From NCBI GenBank assembly GCA_963753125.1, contig CAVWAU010000004.1:327200-391199 (forward strand): a stretch of DNA of 64,000 bases. Direction: 5' to 3'. Positions 9,979-18,459 of the stretch are shown in pieces (position 1 is the first letter of the stretch; each line of letters starts with the position of its first letter). The position numbers and the translations under genes were made by a program. The notes under the pieces are model-generated. The model was not told the origin of the DNA. It ran no database searches and was given only the letters and a program-made list of their open reading frames with translations. This stretch comes from an uncultured Chloroflexia bacterium. GTDB lineage: Bacteria; Chloroflexota; Limnocylindria; QHBO01.

Positions 9979-12900
9979 ATGCAGCTGATCGACGGCCAGC
10001 CCGTCTTCTCGGCGACCGACCTCGTGGGCTACCTGGCCTGCGAGCACCTCACCGCGCTCGAGCGGGCGGCCCTCGCCGGCCTCGTGGATCGCCCGAACCG
10101 GAATGATCCGGAGCTCGAGCTCATCCGAAGGCGCGGCGAGCAGCACGAGGCGCGCTACCTCGAGGAGCTCGAGGCGGATGCTCGCCGCATCGTGCGCGTC
10201 GAGCGGCACGATGGCGAGGAGCGCGGTGACCAAGTGCGTCGCCAGGCGTCCGAGACGCTGGAAGCCATGCGCGGCGGCGCCGACGTCGTGTACCAGGCCA
10301 CCTTCTTCGACGGGCGCTGGCTCGGCTACGCCGACTTCCTGCTGCGTGTCGATGGGCCGTCGGAACTTGGGTCGCACCACTACGAGGTCGCCGACACGAA
10401 ACTCGCGCGCCACGTCAAGGCCGGCGCCGTGCTCCAGATGTGCTCGTACGTGGAGCAGCTCGAGCGACTGCAGGGCGTCCGGCCGAAGCGGATGCACGTC
10501 GTGCTCGGCGGCGGCGCGCATCCCACCGAGTCGCTGCGCGTCGACGACTTCATGGCGTACTACCGCGCCGCCAAGGCCAGGTTCGAAGCATCGGTGCTCG
10601 GTACCGATGCGTCGCCGGCCCCGGCGCCGAGCTATCCCCCCGCCGCGACCTACCCGGAGCCGGTCGAGCACTGCGACGTCTGCCGATGGTCGGAGATGTG
10701 CGCGAAACGCCGCCGGGACGATGACCATCTCTCGCTGGTCGCCGGGATCACCACCCATCAACGAAAGGCGCTGGCGGCGCGGGGTATCAGCACCCTGACG
10801 GGCCTGGCCGGGTCGCCGATGCCCTTCGACCCACCGCTCGACGGTGCCAGCGCGGCGTCAGCCGAACGCATTCGCGAGCAGGCCCGCATTCAGTTCGAGG
10901 GTCGGGGCCGCAGGCCGCCGCTCCACGAGGTGCTCCTCCCGAAGCCTGGCGAGTCGATCGACCCGGAACGCGGCCTCGCGACACTGCCCGAGCCGGACCC
11001 CGGCGACCTGTTCCTCGACCTCGAGGGCGATCCGTACGCGCTTCGACGGCATCGACTACCTCTTCGGCATCCTCGACATCGAGGGTGCCTTCACCGCCTT
11101 CTGGTCCTTTGACCCCGACCGGCCCGAGGACATCGACATCGCTGGCGAGAAGGCTGCATTCGAGGCAGCTCATCGACTTCATCGCCGAGCGGCGGCATCG
11201 GTTCCCCGAAGATGCACGTGTACCACTACGCCGCGTACGAGCCGATCCGCGATGAAGCGGCTGATGGGTCGCCACGCGACGCGCGAGGAGGAGGTGGACG
11301 AGCTGCTCCGCGGTGGCGTCATGGTCGACCTGTATCGTGCGGTGCGACAGGGCCTGCGCGCATCGGTCGAGAGCTACTCGATCAAGAAGCTCGAGGACAT
11401 GTACGGCTTCACCCGTGAGGTCGACCTGCGTGATGCCGGGTCGAGCATCGTCGCGTTCGAGGAATGGCTCGAGCTCGGTGAGGGGGATCGGCCGACTTCG
11501 GGGATTCTGGAGCGCATCGAGCGTCTACAACCGCGACGACGTCGTCAGTAACGCGCGCCTACGCGACTGGCTGGAGGAACTTCGCGGCGAGCTCGCGGAG
11601 CAGTCGGGGCTGCCTGTCCCCCGCCCCGCCGAGCGCCAGGCCGAGGCTCCCGACGCTCTCACCGCCGCCGCAGCCGAGGTGCAGGCCGTCGCGGAGCGGC
11701 TGACGGCCGGCGTCCCCGCCGATCCAGGCCAGCGGACCGACGAGCAACGGGCGACATGGCTGCTGGCGCAGCTGCTGTCATGGCATCGGCGCGAGAGCAA
11801 GGCGACGTATTGGGACTTCTTCCGGCGCGTCGGGCTGACGCCGGAAGAGCTGGTCGAGGAGGACGGCGCCATCGGCCAGCTGGAGCTCATCTCGCTCAGC
11901 GAGCCATATCTGCCCACGCCCCGGGCGAGGCTCTTGCGTCGCCGCGCGGTCTACAGGTTCCCGCCGCAGGAGCATCGCGACTTCGGCAGCCGCTCGGAGC
12001 TATTCGACCCACGGCTGGCCCAGCAGCATGCCGGCGAGTCGCCGTGGCCCTCCTGGAAGCTCGACGTCGAGCTCGGCTCGATCGACGACCAGCACGGCAC
12101 CATCGAGATCATCTGGAAGACCGATGGAGAGCCGCGCGCATCCCGAGGCGATCGTGGCGCTCAACAAGGTCCCCGACAAGGCCGCTGCCGCAGGCGCTCC
12201 TCCGGTTCGGAACCTGGGTCGCTGACCACGGCATCGACGCCGATGGCCCGTGGCGGGCTGTCCGCGACCTGCTGCTCGGCAGGGCGCCGCGATGCGGACA
12301 AGGCCCGGGCGAACCACTGCGGCGACCGGGCGAGGAAGAGCTTGATGCGGCGCGCCGCCTCGCAATGAATCTCGACGGCGCGACGCTCGCCATCCAGGGC
12401 CCTCCCGGATCGGGGAAGACCTACACCGGCGCCCAGATGATCCTCCGGCTCCTGGCTGACGGGCGGCGCGTCGGCATCAGCGCGACGAGCCACAAGGTCA
12501 TCGGAAACTTCCTCAAGGCCATCCTGAAGGCCGCCTCCAAGGCCGGCGTGGAGGTGCGAGCGGTCCAGAAGGCCAAGCCCGAGGAATCGGACATCGACGA
12601 CCCCCGACTGACGGTCATCGACGACAACGGCCGAGTTCGCAAGGCGCTGGAGTCGGGCGACTCCAATCTGGCGGCAGGGACGCCGTGGCTCTGGGGGCGC
12701 GAGGACTTCGCCGGCCTTGTCGACGTGCTCTTCGTCGACGAGGCCGGGACAGATCTCCCTCGCCAACGTGGCGGCCATGGGCGGCGCGACGGACAACCTC
12801 GTGCTCCTGGGCGACCCGCAGCAGCTCGATCAGCCACTCCAGGGTTCGCACCCGCCCGGTGCGGATCGCTCCGCCCTGGCCCATCTTCTCGGTGACCGAG

Positions 12901-13601
12901 GCCACGATGCCCGCCGAGCGCGGCCTCTTCCTCGAGCACACGTGGCGCATGCACCCGGCGATCACCGCGTTCACTTCGGCGGCGTTCTACGAGGATCGGC
13001 TCGAGTCGCGGGAGCACCTCGAGATGCAGACGCTGAGCGGACCGGCGCCGATCGGTGGCGTTGGCACGCGACTCCTGACCGCCGAGCACACCGGCAGCGA
13101 CAACGACTCCCCGAGGAGGCTCGCCAGGTCGCGGCACTCGTGCGCGCGCTCGTGGAGGGAGGGAGTACCTGGGTGAACGAGGAGGGCAAGGAAGAGCCGG
13201 TGAGGTGGAAGGACGTCGTGGTCGTGGCCCCGTACAACGCCCAGGTCGGCGAGATCCAGCGGCTCCTTCCGCTGGCTCGCGTCGGGACGGTCGACAAATT
13301 CCAGGGCCAGGAGGCGGCGGTGAGCGTCTACTCGATGACGACCTCGTCCCCGGAGGACGCGCCGCGCGGCATGGACTTCCTCTACTCGCGGAATCGGCTC
13401 AATGTCGCGACCTCGCGTGCCAGGTGCGTCGCGGTGGTGGTCGCGAACCCGGCACTGCTGCGGGTACGGGCGCGCACTCCCAAGCAGATGCGCCTCGCGA
13501 ACGCGCTCTGCCAGTTCGCAGAGCTGTCGATCCCGGCCGATGTGCCGGCGGCATCAGCCCCCGCCGATCAGCAGGTCGCCCAGATGCCGACCCGGGCCTG
13601 A
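9979..13601 (+). pseudogene. RecB-like (TM0106/Cas4-type) nuclease fused to SF1 (Dna2/Upf1-like) helicase; frame broken about 10 times
   Basis: Nuclease block YEVADTKLARHVK plus Cys cluster EHCDVCRW..MC. Walker A GPPGSGKT (about 12400), VLFVDEAG (about 12740), LLGDPQQL, WRMHPAI, VDKFQGQE, NVATSRAR. Reading through requires frame changes near 11040, 11166, 11210, 11245, 11525, 12130, 12175, 12750, 12885 and 13110, joining ORFs 9979.., 10844.., 11212.., 11313.., 12028.., 11756.., 12717.., 12685... Confidence 0.8.
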
Positions 13602-13603
13602 CC

Positions 13604-14260
13604 TCAGCGATTGGCGCCTCGCTGCGACTCGGAGAGCGGCGTGGCGTCTGCACCTTCGTGGAGGTGGCAGATGAACTCGCGGTCGCCGTCGTTCCAGCCT
13701 TCCTCCGTCGGCGTGATGGCCGACGCCCAGAGCACCGAGTTCTCGTACGGAATCCCGACGTAGGACTCGAACGGTGGGATGCACACCTCAGCGAACGCCA
13801 CCTGGAACTGGGAGTCGGTCGCGGGGAAGGACCCGCCTTCGTAGTCAGCCACCGCGTACACCTCGAAGGAGTGTGGCTCGTCGCACGGGACGCCGTCGAC
13901 GTCACTCACCTCGACCTCCTCGCTGGTGGTGAACTCGCCGGCGTTGAAGCAGTCACCGACCTGAAGGTCGTTGACGGTGACGTTTCCGGCGGTCGAGAGC
14001 GAGCCGTCGTCACCGCGCTGGGCGGTGGTGAAGTAGCCGATCGCCAGCGCGATGGCGGCCGCCGGGATCCACCAGAAGCGCAGCAGCTGGGGCAGCAGGC
14101 CGCGCGGGCCGCCACCGGCGGCCGCCTGGGGCGCATCGGCCCATGCGGTCTGGTCGGCCTCGGTCGATTCGGCACCGCGGGTCAGGCCGCATCGCTGGCA
14201 CGCGCCGGAGCTCCCTTCGTTGTCCGCGAAGCAGCGCTTGCAGACCCATCGCTCGTTCAC
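13604..14260 (-). CDS. Zinc-ribbon / single-TM / septum-formation-type extracellular domain protein
   Basis: 218 aa. N-terminal CKRC...CQRC zinc ribbon, TM segment FWWIPAAAIALAIGYF, then the Cys-containing domain (VGDCFN...VPCDEPHSFEVYAV...CHL) typical of actinobacterial septum-formation family proteins. Confidence 0.75.
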   Translation of the reverse strand: MNERWVCKRCFADNEGSSGACQRCGLTRGAESTEADQTAWADAPQAAAGGGPRGLLPQLLRFWWIPAAAIALAIGYFTTAQRGDDGSLSTAGNVTVNDLQVGDCFNAGEFTTSEEVEVSDVDGVPCDEPHSFEVYAVADYEGGSFPATDSQFQVAFAEVCIPPFESYVGIPYENSVLWASAITPTEEGWNDGDREFICHLHEGADATPLSESQRGANR

Positions 14261-14838
14261 GGCGACACTCTATCCGACGACGCCTCGCGTTCGGCAATGT
14301 GACGTTCGTAGCCCTGCACGAACGCCACCTGTCCTGCCGTCTCGACGGCGGTCGGGTGGCGCACCGCGCGCACACGCGCGATCGCCTCGGCTGCGGAGCG
14401 GCCCGCCGCCACGAGCGCGCAGGCGGCCACCGTGCCGGCCCGGCCGACCCCGCCCATGCACGCCACCGCCGCGTCGCCACGGTCGCGACCGAGCGTCAGC
14501 CGATCCAGGATCGCGTCCATGGCGTCGGCGCTTGGCGGGGCCGACCCATCGGGGATCGGGCGGCGGTCGATCTCGATCCCCGCCACCCGTCCACGCTCGA
14601 CGATCGTCGGGTCGCCCCAGCGCGCCAGCTCGTGGTCCTCGACCAGCAGCACCAGGACGCGCACGCCGGCCGCGTGGAGGGTCTCGAGGTCGCGAGCGAG
14701 CTCGCGACGATAGACGCGCCCCGGATAGCGGAACGACGGTCCGTGCTTCCCGGGCAGGAAGGTCAGGCCGAGCCGGCCCGGCCGCTCGTCTCCGAACTCC
14801 TGGGCGCCCAGCCAGTCGACGCGCAGCGGCGGATCCAT
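14257..14838 (-). CDS. Cys-based protein tyrosine/dual-specificity phosphatase
   Basis: CX5R P-loop VACMGGVGRAGT. ATG 14838 avoids overlap with the upstream gene. Its stop overlaps the start of the next gene by 4 nt. Confidence 0.75.
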   Translation of the reverse strand: MDPPLRVDWLGAQEFGDERPGRLGLTFLPGKHGPSFRYPGRVYRRELARDLETLHAAGVRVLVLLVEDHELARWGDPTIVERGRVAGIEIDRRPIPDGSAPPSADAMDAILDRLTLGRDRGDAAVACMGGVGRAGTVAACALVAAGRSAAEAIARVRAVRHPTAVETAGQVAFVQGYERHIAEREASSDRVSP

Positions 14839-14873
14839 ACCATCGCCGGTCGAGCCGTCTGCGGCGGCCACGC

Positions 14874-15413
14874 TCAGTTGAGGGAGCCGTTCCCGCCGGA
14901 GAGGCAGAAGTGGCCGGTCGGCTCGAGTGGCTGGCCGCAGAACGGGCATGGCGGCCTCCCGCCCGAGAGCAGCGCCTCGGCACGCGCGACGAACCGGCGG
15001 GCATCGGCAACGTCGATTCGCACGCGCAGCAGGTCGGGACCATCCTCCGCGTCATCGGGCAGCTCGAGGTAATCGCCGTCCTCGGTCGGCGTCTGGGCCT
15101 CGACGACGATCGCCTCGTTGGGCGCGTCCCAGGCCAGCGCCATGGCACCGACACGAAAGAGCTCCACGACCGGCTCCTCGAGCCCGCGCTCGTCGGCGGC
15201 CGCGCTGCCATCGGGCGCCTCGACCGCGTTGAGCAGGTCATCCATCCGTTCAGCGAGGGCGGCGACCTGGACCTTCTCCAGGCCAACGCTCACCAGCGAG
15301 CCACCCTTGCGGGCCTGGAGGTAGAAGGCGCGTTCGCCGGGATCGCCCACCGTGCCGGCCACGAACCGATCGGGATCGTCGAAGATGAAGAGCCGTCGCG
15401 TCATCTGAGCCAT
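14874..15413 (-). CDS. DUF3090 family protein
   Basis: FDDPDRFVAGTVGDPGERAFYLQA...C-terminal CPFCGQPLEPTGHFC. Start is ATG 15413 or 15404. Confidence 0.85.
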   Translation of the reverse strand: MAQMTRRLFIFDDPDRFVAGTVGDPGERAFYLQARKGGSLVSVGLEKVQVAALAERMDDLLNAVEAPDGSAAADERGLEEPVVELFRVGAMALAWDAPNEAIVVEAQTPTEDGDYLELPDDAEDGPDLLRVRIDVADARRFVARAEALLSGGRPPCPFCGQPLEPTGHFCLSGGNGSLN

Positions 15414-15484
15414 GCTACCCGCTCGCGGGTCCCGTAGAGTGACGGTGCCCATGAGCACCATCGCACGGGTCGCCGACTAGACCG

Positions 15485-16063
15485 ATGCGAGAGCGCTTCC
15501 TGCCGAGGCGCGCGCGTTCGATGGCGCGCCGGCCGGGCGAGGGCGAGCGCGTCCCGCTCTCCCCGCGGGCGAGGATGCTCGCGGGCTGGCTCGCGGCACT
15601 GCTGCTCGTGCTCGGCATCGCCGGGGCGGTGCGGCTGCTTGGCGAGAGCAGCGATGAGGCTGCCACCGTGCCGAGCCCCTCGGGCGCAGAAGGAGCGTCA
15701 CTGCTGCCGATCGTGTTCGGCACGGAACTCACCGCCGAACGCGTCGTTCCGGTCGAGGCGCGGACGACGAGCTTCGAGCGCGAGATGACCTTCGCCTACG
15801 CCGTCGACGGCGGCGAGCCGGCCGAGACGATCTACGTCGAGGTGGAGCGCACGGACGGCGGGACGCTCGAGACGGTCCAGGAGCCGATCGACGCGCAGCC
15901 GATCCCGGAGGCGCCCGCGCTCATCGGCTTCACCGTGCCGAGCACGAACCTGCTCGACGCGTGGGGGCCGGGAGCCTACGTCATGCGCATCTACCTCGAG
16001 CCCGGCAGCGCGCCGATCGCGGAGGGTCGGTTCGTGCTGGTCGAGGCGGCGCCGAGCCCTTGA
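15485..16063 (+). CDS. Hypothetical membrane-anchored protein
   Basis: 192-aa ORF with one TM (LAGWLAALLLVLGIAGAV), then a beta-rich extracytoplasmic region. Start uncertain (15485, 15521 or 15575). Confidence 0.5.
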   Translation: MRERFLPRRARSMARRPGEGERVPLSPRARMLAGWLAALLLVLGIAGAVRLLGESSDEAATVPSPSGAEGASLLPIVFGTELTAERVVPVEARTTSFEREMTFAYAVDGGEPAETIYVEVERTDGGTLETVQEPIDAQPIPEAPALIGFTVPSTNLLDAWGPGAYVMRIYLEPGSAPIAEGRFVLVEAAPSP

Positions 16064-16085
16064 ATCGGGCGCGGAGCAACGAAAA

Positions 16086-16116
16086 GGGATCGGAGACGTG
16101 CCCCATCTCCGATCCC
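16086..16116. terminator. Strong GC hairpin between convergent genes
   Basis: GGGATCGGAGA-9 nt-TCTCCGATCCC, a perfect 11-bp stem. Confidence 0.6.
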
Positions 16117-16150
16117 GGCAGGCAAGTCGGCGTGCCCATCCGACTCGTCG

Positions 16151-16187
16151 GTTGACAGACTACGGTCCGCAGACCGCACCTGTCAAC
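16151..16187. other. Nested inverted repeat just 3' of the XRE/TPR gene stop
   Basis: Outer arms GTTGACAG (16151-58) / CTGTCAAC (16180-87). Inner CGGTC-cgca-GACCG (16163-76). Confidence 0.4.
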
Positions 16188-16189
16188 AC

Positions 16190-17491
16190 TCAATTGACCG
16201 TGAGCGCCTCGCTGGTGAGCTCGTAGGCACCGCGGTGGTCGCCGGCCGCGGCACGCAGGTCGGCCCATTCGCGCAGCACTTCCCGCAGCCGGTTCGGCGC
16301 GCGGCTGGCGCGGGCAACGCGAGCGGCTTCGGCGAATCGAACCTCGGCCTCTTCCCCGCGGTCGGCGCGGCGGAGGGCGCGCGCCTCGGTGAGCATCGCC
16401 ATCAGGCCGCCGAATTCGTTTCCGCTGCGCTCGGCGAATTCGCGCGCGCGCTCCGCCAGACGCAACGCGCGATCGATGTCGCCCTCGGCCAGCGCGACCT
16501 GGGCCTCGGTGTCGACCACCGCCGCCATCCAGCGCTCGTCGCCGGTCTCCTCGATCTGGCGCCGCGCATCGGCGGCCAGCTCGCGGGCCCGGTCGACCTG
16601 GCCGGTGGCCAGGAAGGCGAGCGCCAGGTCGTTCTCGATGCGTGCCGACTCGAAGATCGCTCCCGCGGCGCGGTACAGCGCCATGCCCTGCGTCCCGGCG
16701 CGGATGGCGGCCTCGTAGTCGCCGACCTCGCGGTAGTTGATGGCGAGGTTGAAGAGGAACGCCGCCCGGCGCCGATCGTCGAGATCGGCGGACAGCCCGC
16801 GCGCCTCCTCGAGGTACGACAGCGCGCGTGACGCCTGCCCGGCCCGCGACTCGACAGCCGCGAGCGAGGTGAGCAGCCGCATCTCGAAGTCGGGCTCGAC
16901 GCGCAGACCGCCGCGAACCTGCTCGAGGAGCGCCGCCAGGATGCTTCGCGCGTCGACCTCGTTGTCCGACTGGTAGAGGCCGTAGGCGAGCCAGTAACGC
17001 GCAAGGGCCGCATCGGCAATGCGACCGGCATCGGCGTAGATGCGCGCCGCCTCGGATGCGGCGGCGACGGCATCCTTGCCGCGATCCAGGCGCGCGGCGG
17101 CCTCGGCCAGCCCGCGGAGCAGGTCGACCCGGGTCGCGTCGTCGGTCGCATCGGCCAGGAGGCTCTCGTAGCCGTCGGCGGCCGCCTGCCAGTCCCCTGC
17201 CGCGAGGCGCATGTCGACCTCGAGCCGGGTCCAGGCCGGATGGCCCTCGTCGATGAAGTGGCTGGCGGGCAGTCCGAGCCGATCGGAGAGGTAGCGCAGG
17301 GCAACCATCGAGGGCCGAGCGATGCCGGTCTCGAGCGCGCTCACATAGGCCTTGGTGTACCGATCGCCGGCGAGCTGCTGCTGGGTCAGTCCCGCACGAT
17401 GACGCGCCTCGCGCAGGCGCTGACCGATGTGCTGCGCGAGCGCCCGATCCTTGTCGGTCGTGGCGCGTGCGCCGGTCCGGGTGCGTGGCAT
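16190..17491 (-). CDS. XRE-family HTH transcriptional regulator with a long TPR-like superhelical domain
   Basis: Intact 433 aa. N-terminal IGQRLREARHRAGLTQQQLAG...YVSALETGIARPSMVALRYLSDRLGL (HTH_3/31). The remaining roughly 350 aa are Ala/Leu/Arg-rich helical repeats (AEAAARLDRGKDAVAAASEAARIY..., LAINYREVGDYEAAIRAG...). Candidate -10 TAAACT lies 6 nt before the ATG (leaderless). Confidence 0.85.
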   Translation of the reverse strand: MPRTRTGARATTDKDRALAQHIGQRLREARHRAGLTQQQLAGDRYTKAYVSALETGIARPSMVALRYLSDRLGLPASHFIDEGHPAWTRLEVDMRLAAGDWQAAADGYESLLADATDDATRVDLLRGLAEAAARLDRGKDAVAAASEAARIYADAGRIADAALARYWLAYGLYQSDNEVDARSILAALLEQVRGGLRVEPDFEMRLLTSLAAVESRAGQASRALSYLEEARGLSADLDDRRRAAFLFNLAINYREVGDYEAAIRAGTQGMALYRAAGAIFESARIENDLALAFLATGQVDRARELAADARRQIEETGDERWMAAVVDTEAQVALAEGDIDRALRLAERAREFAERSGNEFGGLMAMLTEARALRRADRGEEAEVRFAEAARVARASRAPNRLREVLREWADLRAAAGDHRGAYELTSEALTVN

Positions 17492-17622
17492 GAGCGCAGT
17501 TTACACACGCTGGCAAGCCTCACTTGACCCGAGCGTCGACGAAAGTACTGCGCCGCCCGATGCGCGCCGGGACCGATGGGTCATTGCCCGCTGGTCCCAT
17601 CGGGGCGACGGTGGGTTCAGCG

Positions 17623-17645
17623 GCTCGACGCCCAACCAGTCGAGC
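17623..17645 (+). promoter_or_regulatory. Palindrome in the regulator / small-ORF intergenic region (candidate operator or 5'-UTR hairpin)
   Basis: GCTCGAC-N9-GTCGAGC, ending 8 nt before the small ORF's SD. A second repeat is CCGATGGG (17573-80) / CCCATCGG (17596-603). Confidence 0.3.
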
Positions 17646-17668
17646 TCACACCAGGGAGTCCATGACAG

Positions 17669-17794
17669 ATGCGCACCAGCCGAATCGTCCGCACGCTCGT
17701 GGTGGCCGGCACGACCGCGGCGCTGACCCTGCTCAGCATTGCCACGACCGTGATGGCTGCGACCGGCGGAGGCGACTTCCCGCGCTTCAGGTAA
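17669..17794 (+). CDS. Unlisted 41-aa ORF: candidate secreted pro-peptide MRTSRIVRTLVVAGTTAALTLLSIATTVMAATGGGDFPRFR
   Basis: ATG 17669 is 10 nt after AGGGAG (17653-58). n-region with 3 Arg, 20-aa hydrophobic core, VMA|A cleavage-like site, 11-aa tail. About 90% G/C at third codon positions (36 of 40). TAA 17792-94, then a hairpin 21 nt later. Absent from the ORF track because it is under 60 aa. Confidence 0.5.
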   Translation: MRTSRIVRTLVVAGTTAALTLLSIATTVMAATGGGDFPRFR

Positions 17795-17815
17795 GCCGGA
17801 GCCAATCCACACACC

Positions 17816-17840
17816 GAAGGGGGCCCGATGGGGCCCCTTC
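17816..17840. terminator. GC hairpin shared by the small ORF (+) and the Nfu gene (-)
   Basis: GAAGGGGGCCC-gatg-GGGGCCCCTTC (10 pairs with one bulged G), between stops 17794 (+) and 17857 (-). Confidence 0.65.
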
Positions 17841-17856
17841 CTCGTGTCCGCCAGGG

Positions 17857-18450
17857 TCAGTGCTGGTGGCCGTAGTACGGGTTGGTGCCCGCGGCGTGGT
17901 CGGTGGCGTCGACGATGGCGGTCACCTGCGGCACCGCGGCTCGGATCGCGGCCTCGACGCCGTGCTTGAGCGTGACGTCGACGGCCGCACAGCCCTGGCA
18001 GCCGCCGCCGAAGCGCAGGTAGGCCGCGCCGTCGCGCACCTCGACCAGGGTCACCATCCCGCCGTGTGAGCCCACGCCAGGGTTGATCTGGCTGTCGAGC
18101 ACTTCCTGCACGGCCTTCTCCAGCGGGTCCTGCCAGCCCTCGTTGGGGTTGTCGATGCGCAGGCCGCCACCGGTGATGCCGGCGTCGAGGTCGACCGTCG
18201 AGCCGGCCAGGTCGGCAGCGGTGACCGGATCGAGCGCAACGTTCAGGCCGTCCGCGTCCACGACGAGGTCGTCATCGGTTCGGTCGCGCGGGTCCTCGAG
18301 CGCGATCTCGTAGCGGAAGCGCGGGCCCTCCTTGGCGAGGATGCGGATGCGGAGCACCGCGTCGGGGAAGTCGTTGAAGTCGCGGACGCCGTCGATCTTA
18401 TCGCGGGCCGCCGGGGTCACGGTGAGCAGCTTCTCGATCATCGGCACCAT
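17857..18450 (-). CDS. NfuA-like Fe-S cluster carrier (IscA/HesB-like N-domain + Nfu C-domain)
   Basis: 197 aa. C-terminal LDSQINPGVGSHGGMVTLVEV...RFGGGCQGCAAVDVTLKHGVE (Nfu CxxC). Confidence 0.85.
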   Translation of the reverse strand: MVPMIEKLLTVTPAARDKIDGVRDFNDFPDAVLRIRILAKEGPRFRYEIALEDPRDRTDDDLVVDADGLNVALDPVTAADLAGSTVDLDAGITGGGLRIDNPNEGWQDPLEKAVQEVLDSQINPGVGSHGGMVTLVEVRDGAAYLRFGGGCQGCAAVDVTLKHGVEAAIRAAVPQVTAIVDATDHAAGTNPYYGHQH

Positions 18451-18459
18451 CGTAGTCCT

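Noticed and set aside
14052-15437. 461-aa plus-strand ORF and the 338-aa minus-strand ORF 14270..15286
   Set aside because: They overlap the phosphatase and DUF3090 genes in alternative frames. They are extremely Arg/Pro-rich with no domain signatures.
15981-17516. 511-aa minus-strand ORF overlapping the XRE/TPR gene
   Set aside because: It is a different frame of the same strand, Arg/Gly/Pro-rich. The 16190..17491 frame carries the HTH and helical repeats.
17524-18069. 181-aa plus-strand ORF covering the small-ORF locus and running antisense into the Nfu gene
   Set aside because: It reads through the terminator hairpin and the convergent gene. The composition is poor (Arg/His/Asp runs). 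The 41-codon ORF in another frame has the ribosome-binding site, the GC3 bias and a stop before the hairpin.
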